In this document: piece by piece, positions 50,425-64,000 of the stretch
Layout: every line of letters starts with the position of its first letter
Position numbering within the stretch: position 1 is the stretch's first letter
From: Eledone cirrhosa
Lineage: Eukaryota
Direction of reading: 5' to 3'
Assembly: GCA_964016885.1 (NCBI GenBank)
Contig: OZ024765.1
Location: 6,572,001-6,636,000 of the forward strand
DNA: 64,000 nt
Translations under genes and position numbers: made by a program
The notes under the pieces: model-generated
Databases searched by the model: none
The model's input: the letters and a program-made list of their open reading frames with translations, nothing else
What the model was told of the DNA's origin: nothing

Positions 50425-51050
50425 TTCTACTGTTACTACCACCACCACCTCCACCAACACTACTACTACTACCACCACCACCAACACTACTACTACTACT
50501 ACTACCACCACCACCAACAACACTACTACTACTACTAGCACCACCACTACTACTACTACTAGCACCACCACTACTACTACTACTAGCACCACCACCACTA
50601 CTACGACTAGCACCACCACCACTACTACTATTACCACCACCACAACTACCACCACCACCATCACAACTACCACCACCACACCTACCACAACTAACACTAC
50701 CACAACAACAACTACCACCATGACCAACACTACCACCACAACTACAACTACCACTACCACACCACTACCAGCACCACAACTACCACAACCAACACTATCA
50801 CCACGACCAACACTACCACCACTACCACCACGACCAACACTATCACCACGACCAACACTACCACCACTACCACCACGACCAACACTATCACCACTACCAC
50901 CACTACCACCACGACCAACACTATCACCACGACCAACACTACCACCACTACCACCACGACCAACACTATCACCACGACCAACACTACCACCACAACTACA
51001 ACCACCATTATCACCACTACTACCACCACAATTACCACTACCACCACCAT
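50425..51050. repeat. (ACT/ACC)n trinucleotide-derived array
   Basis: Direct inspection. Confidence 0.92.
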
Positions 51051-51211
51051 CGTCCCGTCACTACAATCCACTTCATTCCATTCATACATAAGATAACCGG
51101 CTGTTTCTGGCGTCCCGTGCGGGGTGGGGCATAGGCCACGGGCCACGCAGGCGCACTCGTGTGCGTACTTAGCGCTCGTTGTGTAGTGCGCATGCACGCA
51201 GACGCTAATTT

Positions 51212-51301
<90 letters not shown>

Positions 51302-51689
51302 GCGTGTATTATGTGTATCTATGTGTGTATATGTATGTCTGTATGTGTTTGTATATGTATGTGTGTGTGTTAGTTAATGCATGTGTGTGCGTTTGTATAT
51401 GCATGTGTGTGTCTATGTGTGCATGTGCATGTGTGTTAGTATATGTATGTGTCTGTGTTAGTATATGCATGTGTTTCTGTGTTGGTATGTGTGTGTGTGT
51501 GTCTGTTTGCACATGCGTGGGAGCCGATCCTCCTTGTGTGTGGTTTTGCGTGCATTGTGTGTATGTGTGTGTACGCGTATTTGTATGACCATGTGTGTCT
51601 GCGCAAGCTTGTGTGTGTGTGTCTATGTACACATGTCATCGTATATGTGTGTGTGCATGTGTAGTGCGCATGCACGCAGACGCTAATTT

Positions 51690-51776
<87 letters not shown>

Positions 51777-52537
51777 ACATGTCAATGTATATGTGTGTGT
51801 GTCTGTATAACCAGAGAGAGAGAGAGAAAAAGAGAGAGAGATGTGGTAAATTCCCTCAAACGACATCAAACCGTTTTAGTTTTTATTCTCTAGATGACAC
51901 ATTCGGTTAATATATTCCCAGGTAGCTTATTCCTGAAAACTGGACGAGATGGTCGTGCCTTGGATCATAGATCTCGCAGGATCAGATCAGAACTGACCTA
52001 GGGTTAAACACACTCCCTCACTGACGCACACACGTCCTGCGTAACGCATAGGTCTTGTTGGATCAGAACTGACCTAGGGTTAAATACACACACACACACA
52101 CACACACACACAAATACCACAGCACACACTGAAAGCTTTGATCTCAGGGTTTACTGGATCAAGACTGACATAGGATTAAACACCACACCACACCACACCA
52201 CACCTGCATGTCCTATATATTGATACTACACCACAAACGAGATCACATGCTGTACTACAGCCCTGGGGGTCGGGCGGGAGGAAAGCAAATATATCTCAAT
52301 AGACTATTGTAACTAACTAGCTGTAAGTTACATCACACACACACATACACACGCTGACTTCCACATTCACATAAATACACACACACACAAACATACACAC
52401 ACGCGCGCGCGCAGACACACATAAGCGCAGACACACATAAGCACAGACTCACATACTCACAGACACATACTCACAGGCACACACAGACACACACAGACAC
52501 ACACAGACTCACAGACACACACAGACTCACTGACACT

Positions 52538-52578
<41 letters not shown>

Positions 52579-53302
52579 ACAATGTCGACAAATTTACTAG
52601 ATACACATTTTTTTTAAAATCAATTTAAAACACAAAGCTAACTTGTGACATGTTTCATACAACTTACATATCTCTCTCTCTTTCTCTCTAGACATTACAT
52701 ATATATATATCAATTCTCAGACAGGGTGATGTGTTGTTTCCTTGAGCAAGACACTTTATTTCACATTGCTCCAGTTTACTCAGCTGTAGAAATGAGATGA
52801 GACACCAGTCAGTGGAGGTGCCACAAAAAAGGACCCAACACTCACTGTAAATGAGGTTGGTGTTAGGAAGGGCATCCAGCAGTAGAAATCAAGCCAGAAT
52901 CAGTTCCCGTCCCACCCTTGCAAGCAGGGAAAAGCGGACATAAAATGATGATGAATGAATGATGGTATATGGTATGATATGGATTCGTAAGTCCCGATGA
53001 GTCGTAGGGGCGCCGCATTGATATGCAGCATTTCTAGGGCATTTTAAGCCTGGTGGAGCCCATTTCTTGCCCAGGCCAGAATATAGCAGAGAAAGAGATG
53101 TAGAGGAAGAATCGACCCGAGTACTAGACTGGTACTTTTTTTTATCGACCTCGAAAGGATGAAGGGCAAAGTTGATCTCGGCGGGATTTGAATTCAGAGA
53201 GCAGGAACAAATACCGCAAAGTATTCTATCCGATACACCCATGTGTGTGTGTGTGTGCGCGTGTTCTCGATTTATATCGGGAGGTGACCACTTTTAAAAA
53301 AG

Positions 53303-53485
53303 GTACTCAATACGTTAGCAGAGTATAGACAGCTTTATTAATTTATAGAAATGGCTTCTACGGGACTAGAACTGTTCCATTTGTAATGAAACATCATATT
53401 TATTCGGAATGAAACAGCTCTAGTCCTGTAGAAGTTATTTCTATAACAAAATAGACCATACACTATTATCCCAAGTATTGAGTAC
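53303..53485. repeat. Foldback element (inner ~39-bp arms 53343-53381 / 53408-53446; outer gtactcaatac / gtattgagtac)
   Basis: Imperfect inverted repeat. The right arm contains GAAA cagc TC tagtcc. Confidence 0.75.
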
Positions 53486-53545
53486 GCTGTCTAACTAGTT
53501 TAATACTGGTTTAATCCTGATTATATATATATATATATAGACAGA

Positions 53546-53623
53546 CAGGGTGTCCCGAAAAATGTATACATACTTCAACAGCATTCTAATAAATATGTGT
53601 ATATATTTTTGGGGGACACCCTG
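53546..53623. mobile_element. 78-bp Tc1/mariner-like MITE; related end at 58135-58185
   Basis: TIR cagggtgtcccgaaaaatgtataca / tgtatatatttttgggggacaccctg. Confidence 0.7.
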
Positions 53624-53874
53624 TGTATATATATATTCGTTAACAGGTTTAAGTAGTTGGTGTTCCAGGTTTTAATCGATGACATCCAATCTTATTATAC
53701 ATATTTAATCGATTTATATTAGCCGAATAGCGAGTTTATACCTCTTTTAACACCGGTTACGTTTTAGAAACGACACCGCTTCTTCCATAAATACAAACAC
53801 ACAAATGTATATCATCATCATCGACACCGTTTAACGTTTATTTTTCCATCCTTGCTTGAGTTGTCACCGAAGTT

Positions 53875-53937
<63 letters not shown>

Positions 53938-54029
53938 CCCCAGGTCAGCTCTGATCCAGAAAGTCTTGTGATCAAACTTATACACATATATGATATAAAG
54001 ATTTTTATTTATTTATTATAAAGATAGAG

Positions 54030-54073
54030 GGACTGACAGACAGGCATACAGACAGACAGATAGGTAGGCAGAC

Positions 54074-54114
<41 letters not shown>

Positions 54115-54126
54115 GGTAGGCAGACA

Positions 54127-54168
<42 letters not shown>

Positions 54169-54665
54169 GAGACAAATAGAGTGGTAGACAGAGACAGAGG
54201 GACAAATATATTGACAGACAGCCCGACAAAGAGACAGTGATAGACAGAGAGGCAGATAGACAGACAGACAGACAAAGAGACAGTGATAGACAGAGAGGCA
54301 GATAGACAGACAGACAGACAAAGAGACAGTGATAGACAGAGTGGTGGACAGACAGACAGACAAAGAGACAGTGATAGACAGAGTGGTGGACAGACAGACA
54401 GACAGACAAAGAGACAGTGATAGACAGAGTGGTGGACAGACAGACAGACAAAGAGACAGTGATAGACAGAGTGGTGGACAGACAGACAGACAAAGAGACA
54501 GTGATAGACAGAGTGGTGGACAGACAGACAGACAAAGAGACAGTGATAGACAGAGTGGTGGACAGAGATAGACAAAGAGACAGTGATAGACAGACAGACA
54601 GAGTGAGAGACAAATAGACAGACAGACAGACAGACAAGGATACAGGTAGACAGACAGACACATAC
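54030..54665. repeat. (GACA)n-derived ~42-46-bp minisatellite
   Basis: gacaaagagacagtgatagacagagtggtggacagac repeated. Confidence 0.92.
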
Positions 54666-55285
54666 AAACAGATATGTTTCTTTTATTTGCCGCTAGGGCA
54701 TCAAAAGTGGGACAAGTACAAAGGGGGGAGTTTACACAAAAAGGCGTCCTCGATAAGGAGGAGGCAATAACAAAATATAAAAATAAAATAAGATATAACA
54801 ATAAATAAAATTTATAACAAAATCCTCAATAGAGAGGAGGCGCCTTGGGGGTCGCCGCCCCCCCCCCCCCGAAAAAAGTGTGCAACCCTTTTCCTCGGGA
54901 GCACAGAGAGATGGTGCTCCCTCGTTCCTTCCTCCTTTCCACCTACAGGCTTATGTAAAGTGAAGGCCCATTCACACGGGCCATTGAACTCAGAACGTAA
55001 AGGAATGTAGCTCTATGATATAATAATGATTTCTAGTACAGGCACAAGGCCAGCAATTTTGGGGAGGGGAAAGTTGATTAAATCTAACCCAGTGCATTAC
55101 TGGTACTTTATTTTATCGACCTCGTAAGGATGAAAGGCAAAGTTAACCTTGGCAGGATTTGAACTCAGACCTACAAACAGATAGATTGGCAGACAGACCA
55201 ATAAACAGATAGACAGAGAGACAAATAGATAGATTGGCAGACAGACCAATAAACAGATAAACATAGACAGAGAGACAAATAGATA

Positions 55286-55748
55286 TATTTCTTTATTAGC
55301 CACAGGGGCACAAAAGAAGGGGACAAATACAAAGGGGGAAGTTTACATACAATAAAAACGTGTAAAATGTTATCACAGATGGAATTTAAAAGTTAGTCGA
55401 TTTTCCCCAATAGAGGGAGACAGTTTATATGGGTAACACATACCCCCGAAAAAAAATGTGCAACCCTCATCTCCAGGAGTACGAAGAGCTTGTACTCCCT
55501 TCCTCTCCTCCTCCTTTTCCTCAACCTACAGGCTGATATAGAGAGAAGGCCCATTCACTCGGGCCATTCTCGCCACTTTCACCCACCTTTCATAAAACTT
55601 GCTGGGGTACAGCACCTCTCTCTCTCCATCCTGATTCTTCTTCCAAAGTGGTATTTGAAAAAAAGAATCAGTTGTTGGCCGGAGAGAAAGGTGTCTGACC
55701 TCAGCCCTTTCAACCTTGTCCACCATACAACCTCTTTCGCCATAGCTA
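55286..55748 (-). pseudogene. Tx1-clade LINE 3' end; second shorter copy 54675-54985 (-)
   Basis: Joined frames give AMAKEVVWWTRLKGL...FFKYHFGRRIRMEREVL...FYERWVKVARM. 3'UTR with AATAAA. Flanked by direct repeats. Confidence 0.7.
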
Positions 55749-56303
55749 AGAGAGACAAATAGATAGATTGGCAGACAGACCAATAAACAGATAAACATAG
55801 ACAGAGAGACAAATAGATAGATTGACAGGCAGCAGGACAGAGACAGTTATTTCAATGTAGACAATAGATGTAATATGAAAATAAAAACATAAATGTTTCT
55901 TGTCAAATTATTTAACATTTAACCGTAACTCGAGATCTAGATATTGGCTGTTTTGTTCGCTTTCACAGCAGGATCGCCATTACTGCACATACGTTAGAAT
56001 GCCGAATAGAAAGAATTCTTTGCGGTATTAGTTCCGGCTTTCTCTGCTCCCCGAGTTCAAATCCCGCCGACGTCAACTCTGTTGCTTGCCTTTCATCCAC
56101 TCCTTTTGGAACCATCCCAGTAATCTTTCTTCTTCTACTACATACCTCCTCCCCCCTCTCTCTCTATCTCTCTCTCTCTCTATCTATCTCTTTGTGGGAA
56201 ATATTTTTTTCAATCGGCCGTGTTCAGACCACACCTGGAGGGGTTGGGCTCCACCAGGTGTAAATTGCACAAGAGGCACCGTACGTCAAACGACACCTCT
56301 ACG

Positions 56304-56354
<51 letters not shown>

Positions 56355-58102
56355 ATAATAGAGAGAGAGAGAGAGAGAAAGGGGGAGGGCATCCAGCCAG
56401 AAAAATCCTGCCAAGATTGTGGAAAGCACAACATTTATATATATAGCAGCTAAATCTCGCTCAAATTATACTGTATATTAAAAGCTAGAGTGCCTTTAAT
56501 CATAGGTGTGTCTCGCTCACTCAAGGCATGCCTAGGGTTAAATGACCCTCATACGAGGGAATTATAATGTAGTCGCTCAAACCGGTAGAAACAACAGTCA
56601 AACCTCTCTCAAATTAAACAGTATATTAAAAGCTAGTGTCTTTAATCATAGGTTTGTCTGGCTCACTTAAGGCTTGCCTATGGTTAAACGCCCCCCCCCC
56701 CCCCACGAGGGAACCAGTAAACAATCGCTCAAACCGGTAGAAATAGCAGCCAAATACACATGTACATACATATAAGTTAATGACTCGGTTCGCAACCACG
56801 TGGTTTGGGGTTCGGTCTTGCAGCGGAGCACCTGTAGTCCTAGGTTGACCAATGCCTTGAGGGTGATTTGCCGTTGCTCCTTCTTCTTCTACGCCCACTT
56901 ATACCTGAGAGGGTCGTGGGGGGCAGAGTCCTCAAACACTCCTTCCAGTGGGTCCTATCAGAAGCAACCGTCTCTAACTGATCCAGCTGGATCCCCCAAG
57001 CGTGACCAGCCAAGCTCATGGATGTTATCCAACCATCTTGCTCGGATTTTACTCCTGGGTCTCTTACTGGTTGGTTTCGTCCATAAAAATCTTTCCTGAG
57101 ACATTCTAACCACATGCCCATAGTATCGGAGCTGTGATCTCAAAAACGCTCAATCGAGGTTAGATCTGACCTAGGGCTAAACAACAACACACATGGTTTC
57201 TAATACACACATGGTTTCTGATTTAGGCACAAGGCCAGCATTTTTGAGGGAAGGGGAAGTCAATTAAATCAACACCAGTGCGTGACTGGTACCTTATTTT
57301 ATCGACTCCGTAAGGATGAAAGGCAAAGTAACCTCAGCAGGATTTGAACTCGAATCGTTAAAGGTCGTAACTCTATACCATAAAGCATGGTACCCGACGC
57401 TCCAACGATACTGCCAAAATAATTTAAAAAAAAAAATGGTTTCTGATTTAGGCACAAGGCCAACAATTTGGGGGGAGGGGGAAAGTCGGTTAAATCAACC
57501 CCAGTGCGTGACTGGTACTTTATTTTATCGACCCCGTAAGGATAAAAGGCAAAGCTAACCTCGGCAGCAATAATAATAGTTCTATATAATGAATCATAAT
57601 CCAGTGTGTATGTGAGGTCAAAGATTTAACGCAACTATGTAAATTCACAAAAGATCGTGTGAAAATCGCTCATACATTTTAATGCCACAAATTAACAACT
57701 ACTACTACTACTACTACTACTACCAACTTCTACTATACTACTACTATTACTACTATACTATTGCTACCACTACTACTACTACACAAACATCTACTATTAC
57801 TACTACCAACTTCTACTACTACTACTAAGAGAGATTCTTCTCACCCCCTTCTTTATCTGTGACACCAGTACGACCGACCTGGGGCTAAACAACAGCAATT
57901 TGTGTGTGATCCACCTCCACCATTACCACCTCTCTGCTATTACTACTTATACAGATAGGCCTTCCTCTTCTCTTAACCTATCTAGTCAGTGTGAGTAGGA
58001 ATGTACTCGGAATGGTACGCTAAAGTCAATGAACGACTTTAACAGTTTTCTCTCTTTTCTCTGGTGTGTTTTAACGTTATCATACTAAGACAGAGAATAC
58101 AC

Positions 58103-58135
<33 letters not shown>

Positions 58136-58297
58136 TTGTGTCCCCAAAAAATGTATACACACTTCAACGGCATTCTAGAGGAGGGGGGGGGGGGATTTAC
58201 TAAGCCAGAGAGTAGAATTCTTACACTCCAAGAACAATGGATTTTTAACATGTGCATGTGTGTGGGTATGTGTATATATATACTTACATGTATCCAT

Positions 58298-58342
<45 letters not shown>

Positions 58343-58419
58343 CCATACTTATATCCATGCACACACGTATGTGTATACATACATATATATATATGTGTGT
58401 GTGTGTACATATTTTGTTG

Positions 58420-58605
58420 CTACATTATAACAACCATCCTTCCTTTGTTGGCCTTTGATGTACTGAGGGTGTCTGGTACTGTTGCTCTCGTGTCTGCTTC
58501 CTGACATGCTGGTTGTGGGTTCATCTGGGATCTTAGAATATTGAGATGCTTCTTGGAGACCTCTACATCTAGCCTGCACCCCTATGTAGATCTTTCAAGC
58601 TTTTT
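58420..58605 (-). pseudogene. Degenerate CR1-type LINE 3' end (second family)
   Basis: Frameshifted ...KKHL(N)I...SKIPDEPT...ESNS motif typical of invertebrate CR1 ORF2 ends. Confidence 0.5.
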
Positions 58606-58617
58606 TCATCATATTAA

Positions 58618-58908
58618 CCCTTTCAGCATTTAAACCTGCCATATCCAGCCAGAATTCTCTCATCTCTTTCTGCTCAACCCGCCTGTAATTGGCCGCTCAT
58701 ACTAATAATAATGAAATTATTGTGTACAGTGCTCAGGTGCACTACAACTCATCAAAGGTGCATGTATAGTACATAGAATAATGTACAAATGTCATTAATG
58801 TTAAAGAATTGTTCTCAAAATAAATAACATCAAAATCTCAGATTCGATATTATGTGAGATAATTATGTAAGATAAACCCTTTACTGTGAAAATACAATAA
58901 TATATATA
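58618..58908 (-). mobile_element. piggyBac-type MITE containing a ~92-bp CR1 3' tip (58703-58794, -)
   Basis: TTAA(58614-17)CCCTTT. The insert matches the reverse complement of about 22890-22983, with taat duplicated. Confidence 0.8.
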
Positions 58909-58959
58909 ATTGTTTCTACTTTTGGCACAAGGTCAGATGATAAAGGGTTAAAGAGCACA

Positions 58960-59830
58960 TTAAAAACCCTTCTTTACATCCATTTCCAGTGCCATGTTGA
59001 AGTTCCTGCATTGTTGTCTGAATTTCCCCTGCCTTCCAACCTGGTGTCATCTTCAAGTACATCTTACAGCATGGTGGTTGGTCTCCCAACTCGTCCACAC
59101 ACATCAAGTTTCCAGAAAAGGACCCTGCCAGCAGGATTCATTGTGACATTTCACGTGTCAGGCTTATGCAAAACTCCTATGCTTTATGATGTCAGAAAGG
59201 CGAAGATGTGAGCTGTAAAGCTATTTCTTAACCCCTAGCTATTACAGCATATGGCCCTTACTCTAAGGCAGTGAATTGACATCAGATAAGCTGCTTCATG
59301 GTATTACTTCTGGCTCTCGCTGAGTTCAAATCTAGCTGAGATCAACTTCACCTTTAATCCATTTGAGGTCAATAAATAAAGTACCAGTCTAATGCTGGAG
59401 TCAATTCTTCCTCTATACCTCTTTCTCGGAAATTCGCTGTATTCAGACCTAGAGAAGAGATTGGCTCCACCAGGTTTTTAAAAATTCCCTAGTAACGCTG
59501 TATGTCACTACGGTGCCCCTACAAACCTTCGGGAGTTACAGGAAAGAAAGAGAGTGAGTCTTACCCTAGATATGGAGGATAGGAGCTTTGGCACTGTGCA
59601 GTGACATTCTGTTTGGGAGTTGGTCCTGCTCTCACTGGCATTGTGTGATGCTAGCCCACCCAGGATCATCTTATCCATATGTGTATCACTGCATGTATCT
59701 CCTGTTTTCACTCCAGGCAGTAGAGTTTTAAATTATTTCAGCTATTCCAAGGAACTCACCTCTTTCATTGAGGCAACCTTCTGAATAGTGTCATTGGAAT
59801 ACTTCAAGTCCTGCAGTTAATTTGATAGTG
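58960..59830 (-). pseudogene. Old, fragmented RTE remnant interrupted by a SINE
   Basis: PAGRVLFWK...GRVGRPTT...DVLEDDT near 59000-59170, and LQDLKYSNDT (YADD-like) near 59800. Confidence 0.45.
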
Positions 59831-60109
59831 GGGTGACCACAGGAACATGTGTGTGTATGCTTATATATATATATGTATGTGTGTGTATATATATACAGAC
59901 ACATACACACATATACAGAGAGAGAAAGCAAGGGCATCCAGCCAGAGAAATCCTGCCAAAATTATGGGAAGCTCATTTATATATATATGTGTGTGTAGAG
60001 TCTGTGGTGCTGAGACTGAGGAGACAACTAATCATGGGAGTACTCAATGCATGGGGAGATGTAGAGTTCGAATAGAGATATGTAAAATCCTGACACACAC
60101 ACACACGTG

Positions 60110-60129
<20 letters not shown>

Positions 60130-60141
<12 letters not shown>

Positions 60142-60562
60142 CATCTACACACAAACACAAATATATACATACATCTACACACACACAAATATATACATAC
60201 ATCTACACACAAACACAAATATATACATACATCTACATACACACACACACACATATATACATACATCTACATACACACACAAATATATACATACATCTAC
60301 ATACACACACAAATATATACATACATCTACATACACACATATATACATACATCTACACACACACATATATACATACATCTACACATACACACATATATAC
60401 ATACATCTACACATACACACATATATACATACATCTACACATACACACATATATACATACATCTACACATACACACATATATACATACATCTACACATAC
60501 ACACAAATATATACATACATCTAGACACATACACATAAATATATACATACATCTAGACACAT

Positions 60563-60597
<35 letters not shown>

Positions 60598-60612
60598 CAT
60601 CTACACACACAC

Positions 60613-60651
<39 letters not shown>

Positions 60652-60965
60652 CATACATCTACATACACACACACACACACACACATATATATACATACAT
60701 CTACATACACACAAATATATACATACATCTAGACACACACACAAATATATACATACATCTACACCCACACAAATATATACATACATCTACACACACACAA
60801 ATATATACATACATCTACACACACACAAATATATACATACATCTACACACACAAATATATACATACATCTACACACACAAATATATACATACATCTACAC
60901 ATACACAAATATATACATACATCTACACACACACAAATATATACATACATCTACACACACACATA
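60130..60965. repeat. acatacatctac-(CA)n-tatat minisatellite
   Basis: Direct inspection. Confidence 0.92.
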
Positions 60966-61091
60966 CATGCACATAAGTAGGTATATATACAATATAGTTA
61001 TTATAAATCTAAGTTTCATTAAAATTTAATTATATCCTCAAGCATGAAACACGTGAATATGTGCTACATAATGAGAGGTATGTACACATAT

Positions 61092-62680
61092 GGTGGTGTT
61101 GTGAGGTTTGTGGCAGTGTTGTGAGGTTTGAGGTGATGCTGTGTGGTTTATTGTGGCATTGTGTAGTTTGTACCAGTGTTGTGAGGTTGGTGATGGTGTT
61201 GTGTGATTTATATCAGTGCTGTGAGGTTTGAGGTGATGCTGTGTGGTTTATTGTGGCATTGTGTAGTTTGTACCAGTGTTGTGAGGTTGGTGATGGTGTT
61301 GTGTGATTTATATCAGTGTTGTGCGGTTTGAGGTGATGCTGTGTGGTTTATTGTGGCATTGTGTGGCTTATAGGGGTGTTGTGTAGTTTGTACCAGTGTT
61401 GTGAGGTTGGTGATGGTGTTGTGTGGTTTATATCAGTGGTGTGAGGTTTGAGGTGGTGCTGTGTGGCTTATAGGGGTGTTGTGTAGTTTGTACCAGTGTT
61501 GTGAGGTTGATGATGGTGTTGTGTGGTTTATATCAGTGTTGTGAGGTTTGAGGTGGTGCTGTGTGGCTTATAGCGGTGTTGTGTAGTTTGTACCAGTGTT
61601 GTGAGGTTGGTGATGGTGTTGTGTGGTTTATATCAGTGTTGTGAGGTTTGAGGTGGTGCTGTGTGGCTTATAGCGGTGTTGTGTAGTTTGTACCAGTGTT
61701 GTGAGGTTGGTGATGGTGTTGTGTGGTTTATATCAGTGGTGTGAGGTTTGAGGTGGTGCTGTGTGGCTTATAGCGGTGTTGTGTAGTTTGTACCAGTGTT
61801 GTGAGGTTGGTGATGGTGTTGTGTGGTTTATATCAGTGGTGTGAGGTTTGAGGTGGTGCTGTGTGGCTTATAGCGGTGTTGTGTAGTTTGTACCAGTGTT
61901 GTGAGGTTGGTGATGGTGTTGTGTGGTTTATATCAGTGGTGTGAGGTTTGAGGTGGTGCTGTGTGGCTTATAGCGGTGTTGTGTAGTTTGTACCAGTGTT
62001 GTGAGGTTGGTGATGGTGTTGTGTGATTTATAACAGTGTTGTGAGGTTTGAGGTGGTGCTGTGTGGTTTATTGTGACATTGTGTGGCTTATAGGGGTGTT
62101 GTGTAGTTTGTACCAGTGTTGTGAGGTTGATGATGGTGTTGTGTGGTTTATATCAGTGTTGTGAGGTTTGAGGTGGTGCAGTGTGGCTTATAGAGGTGTT
62201 GTGTAGTTTGTACCAGTGTTGTGAGGTTGGTGATGGTGTTGTGTGGTTTATAACAGTGTTGTGAGGTTTGAGGTGGTGCTGTGTGGTTTATTGTGGCATT
62301 GTGTGGCTTATAGCAGTGTTGTGAGGTTGATGATGGTGTTGTCTGGTTTATACCAGTGTTGTGAGGTTTGAGGTGGTGCTGTATGGTTTTTGGTGGTGGT
62401 GTAAGGTTTATGACGGTGTTGTGTGGTTTATAGTGGTGTTGCGAGGTTTGAGGTGTTGTTGTGTGGGTTATGGCGGTGATGTGAGGTTTATGGCACTGGT
62501 GTGTGGGTGTACAATAGTGGTGTTGGATGGTTGTTGTGAGATTCATGGTGTGTTGTGAGGGATTATGATGTATTGTGGGGGATTATGATGTGTTGTGAGG
62601 TTCATAATGTTTTGTGAGGAGTATGGTGTGTTGTGGGGGAATTATGATGTGTTGTGAGGTTTATGGTGTTGTAAGGTTTG
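61092..62680. repeat. GT-rich 20-bp monomer satellite with 120-bp higher-order repeat
   Basis: 120-bp period in 61440-62050; monomers degenerate distally. Confidence 0.9.
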
Positions 62681-62894
62681 TAATTTTGTTGGCAGCGGGT
62701 GGTTTAAGGTGCTGTGTTGTGAAGTCTATGATATCAATGTATTTACTGTAGTTAGTTGTGAGGTCTAATGTGCTGTTTTCTTTACTGTGTGGTTGTGAGG
62801 TCTCTGGTGTCAATGATGTATTTACTGTGTACTGTGGTGGCGTTGTGTGGTCTATGGTGTTGTGAGGTCTCTGGTATTGATACTGTAATTACTG

Positions 62895-63365
62895 TGTAGC
62901 TGTGAGGTCTATGGTGTAGTTGTGTGGTCTATAGTGTAGTTGTGAGGTCTTTGGTGTAGTTATGAGGTCTATGGTGTAGTTATGAGGTCTATGGTGTAGT
63001 TGTGTGGTCTATGGTGTAGTTGTGTGGTCTATGGTGTAGTTGTGAGGTCTATGGTGTAGTTATGAGGTCTATGGTGTAGTTATGAGGTCTATGGTGTAGT
63101 TATGAGGTCTATGGTGTAGTTATGAGGTCTATGGTGTAGTTGTATAGTCTATGATGTAGTTGTGTGGTCTATGGTGTAGTTGTGTGGTCTATGGTGTAGT
63201 TGTGTGGTCTATGGTGTAGTCTATTATGTAGTTGTGTGGTCTGTGGCCAACAACACTACTACTCTATGGTGTAGTTCTGAGGTCTATGATGTAGTTGTAT
63301 AGTCTATGATGTAGTTGTATAGTCTATGATGTAGTTGTGTGGTCTATGGCGTAGTTGTGAGGTCT
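62895..63365. repeat. 20-bp minisatellite tgtgaggtctatggtgtagt
   Basis: Direct inspection. Confidence 0.93.
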
Positions 63366-63494
63366 CAGGTGTGAGGTGCAGTTTCATTCTTCACCAAGGG
63401 CGTTAGCTTGGCGACATGTTGTGTAGGTATGAAATATATGGAGCGGTTACGAAAACGATAGCTTGCAGTCATTATGTTGGATGCACTCGCACAC

Positions 63495-63545
<51 letters not shown>

Positions 63546-63635
63546 GGTTTGTGTGTGTACACTCAGATCTAAATAAAATGTTATACATACATGTGCAGAT
63601 CGGCTATCTTTCACACATACATCCACAGATAAGTG

Positions 63636-63671
<36 letters not shown>

Positions 63672-64000
63672 TACATCCACATATACGTGTGAATATATAT
63701 ATATACACACACACACTCATACATCCACATATACGTGTGAATATATATATATATATACACACACACTCATACATCCACATATACGTGTGAATATATATAT
63801 ATATTCACACGTATATGTATATATATATATATATATATACGCACAAACGTGTCGGTGTGTGAATGTGTATAGGCAGATCTATATATAATTATATACATAC
63901 ATGTGCAGATCGGCCTTCATATATATATATATATATATATCTACCGACACACACACACGTTCGTGTGAGTATATACTCAGATCTGTATATAATTATATAC

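Noticed and set aside
63366-63490. Short unique CpG-containing stretch as a host exon
   Set aside because: Plausible AG/GT sites exist, but there is no recognisable peptide; it cannot be supported without transcripts.

Overview
This is eukaryotic, extremely repeat-dense DNA. The SINE, RTE and microsatellite repertoire resembles an octopod cephalopod genome, but that is inferred from family resemblance, not from a search. I could not support any host protein-coding exon, and almost all ORF-track entries are translations of micro- or minisatellites. The only intact gene is a 1039-aa RTE-clade non-LTR retrotransposon ORF (8613-11732): APE endonuclease, then RT, then an inserted PHD-type zinc finger. 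A near-identical empty-site copy of its flanks at 2934-3485 defines the insertion as 7624-12031 and shows an unexpected 1.8-copy tandem 476-bp 5' leader. The rest is: about 12 copies of a TTAA/CCC piggyBac-type MITE that grows a 72-bp satellite internally; hAT-Charlie, Tc2/pogo-like and Tc1/mariner-like non-autonomous elements; fragments of RTE, CR1, Tx1 and R4/Dong LINEs; two tRNA-SINE families; and many TE-derived tandem arrays. The most notable non-coding signal is a set of hammerhead ribozyme (HHR) motifs: minimal Penelope-type ones at 6115, 17726, 18886, 28088 and 35563/35980, and a long type-I one with a U3-A8 core at 30497-30609. Three DNA palindromes (44229, 47206, 53343) appear to be mirrored about a hammerhead stem-II loop.
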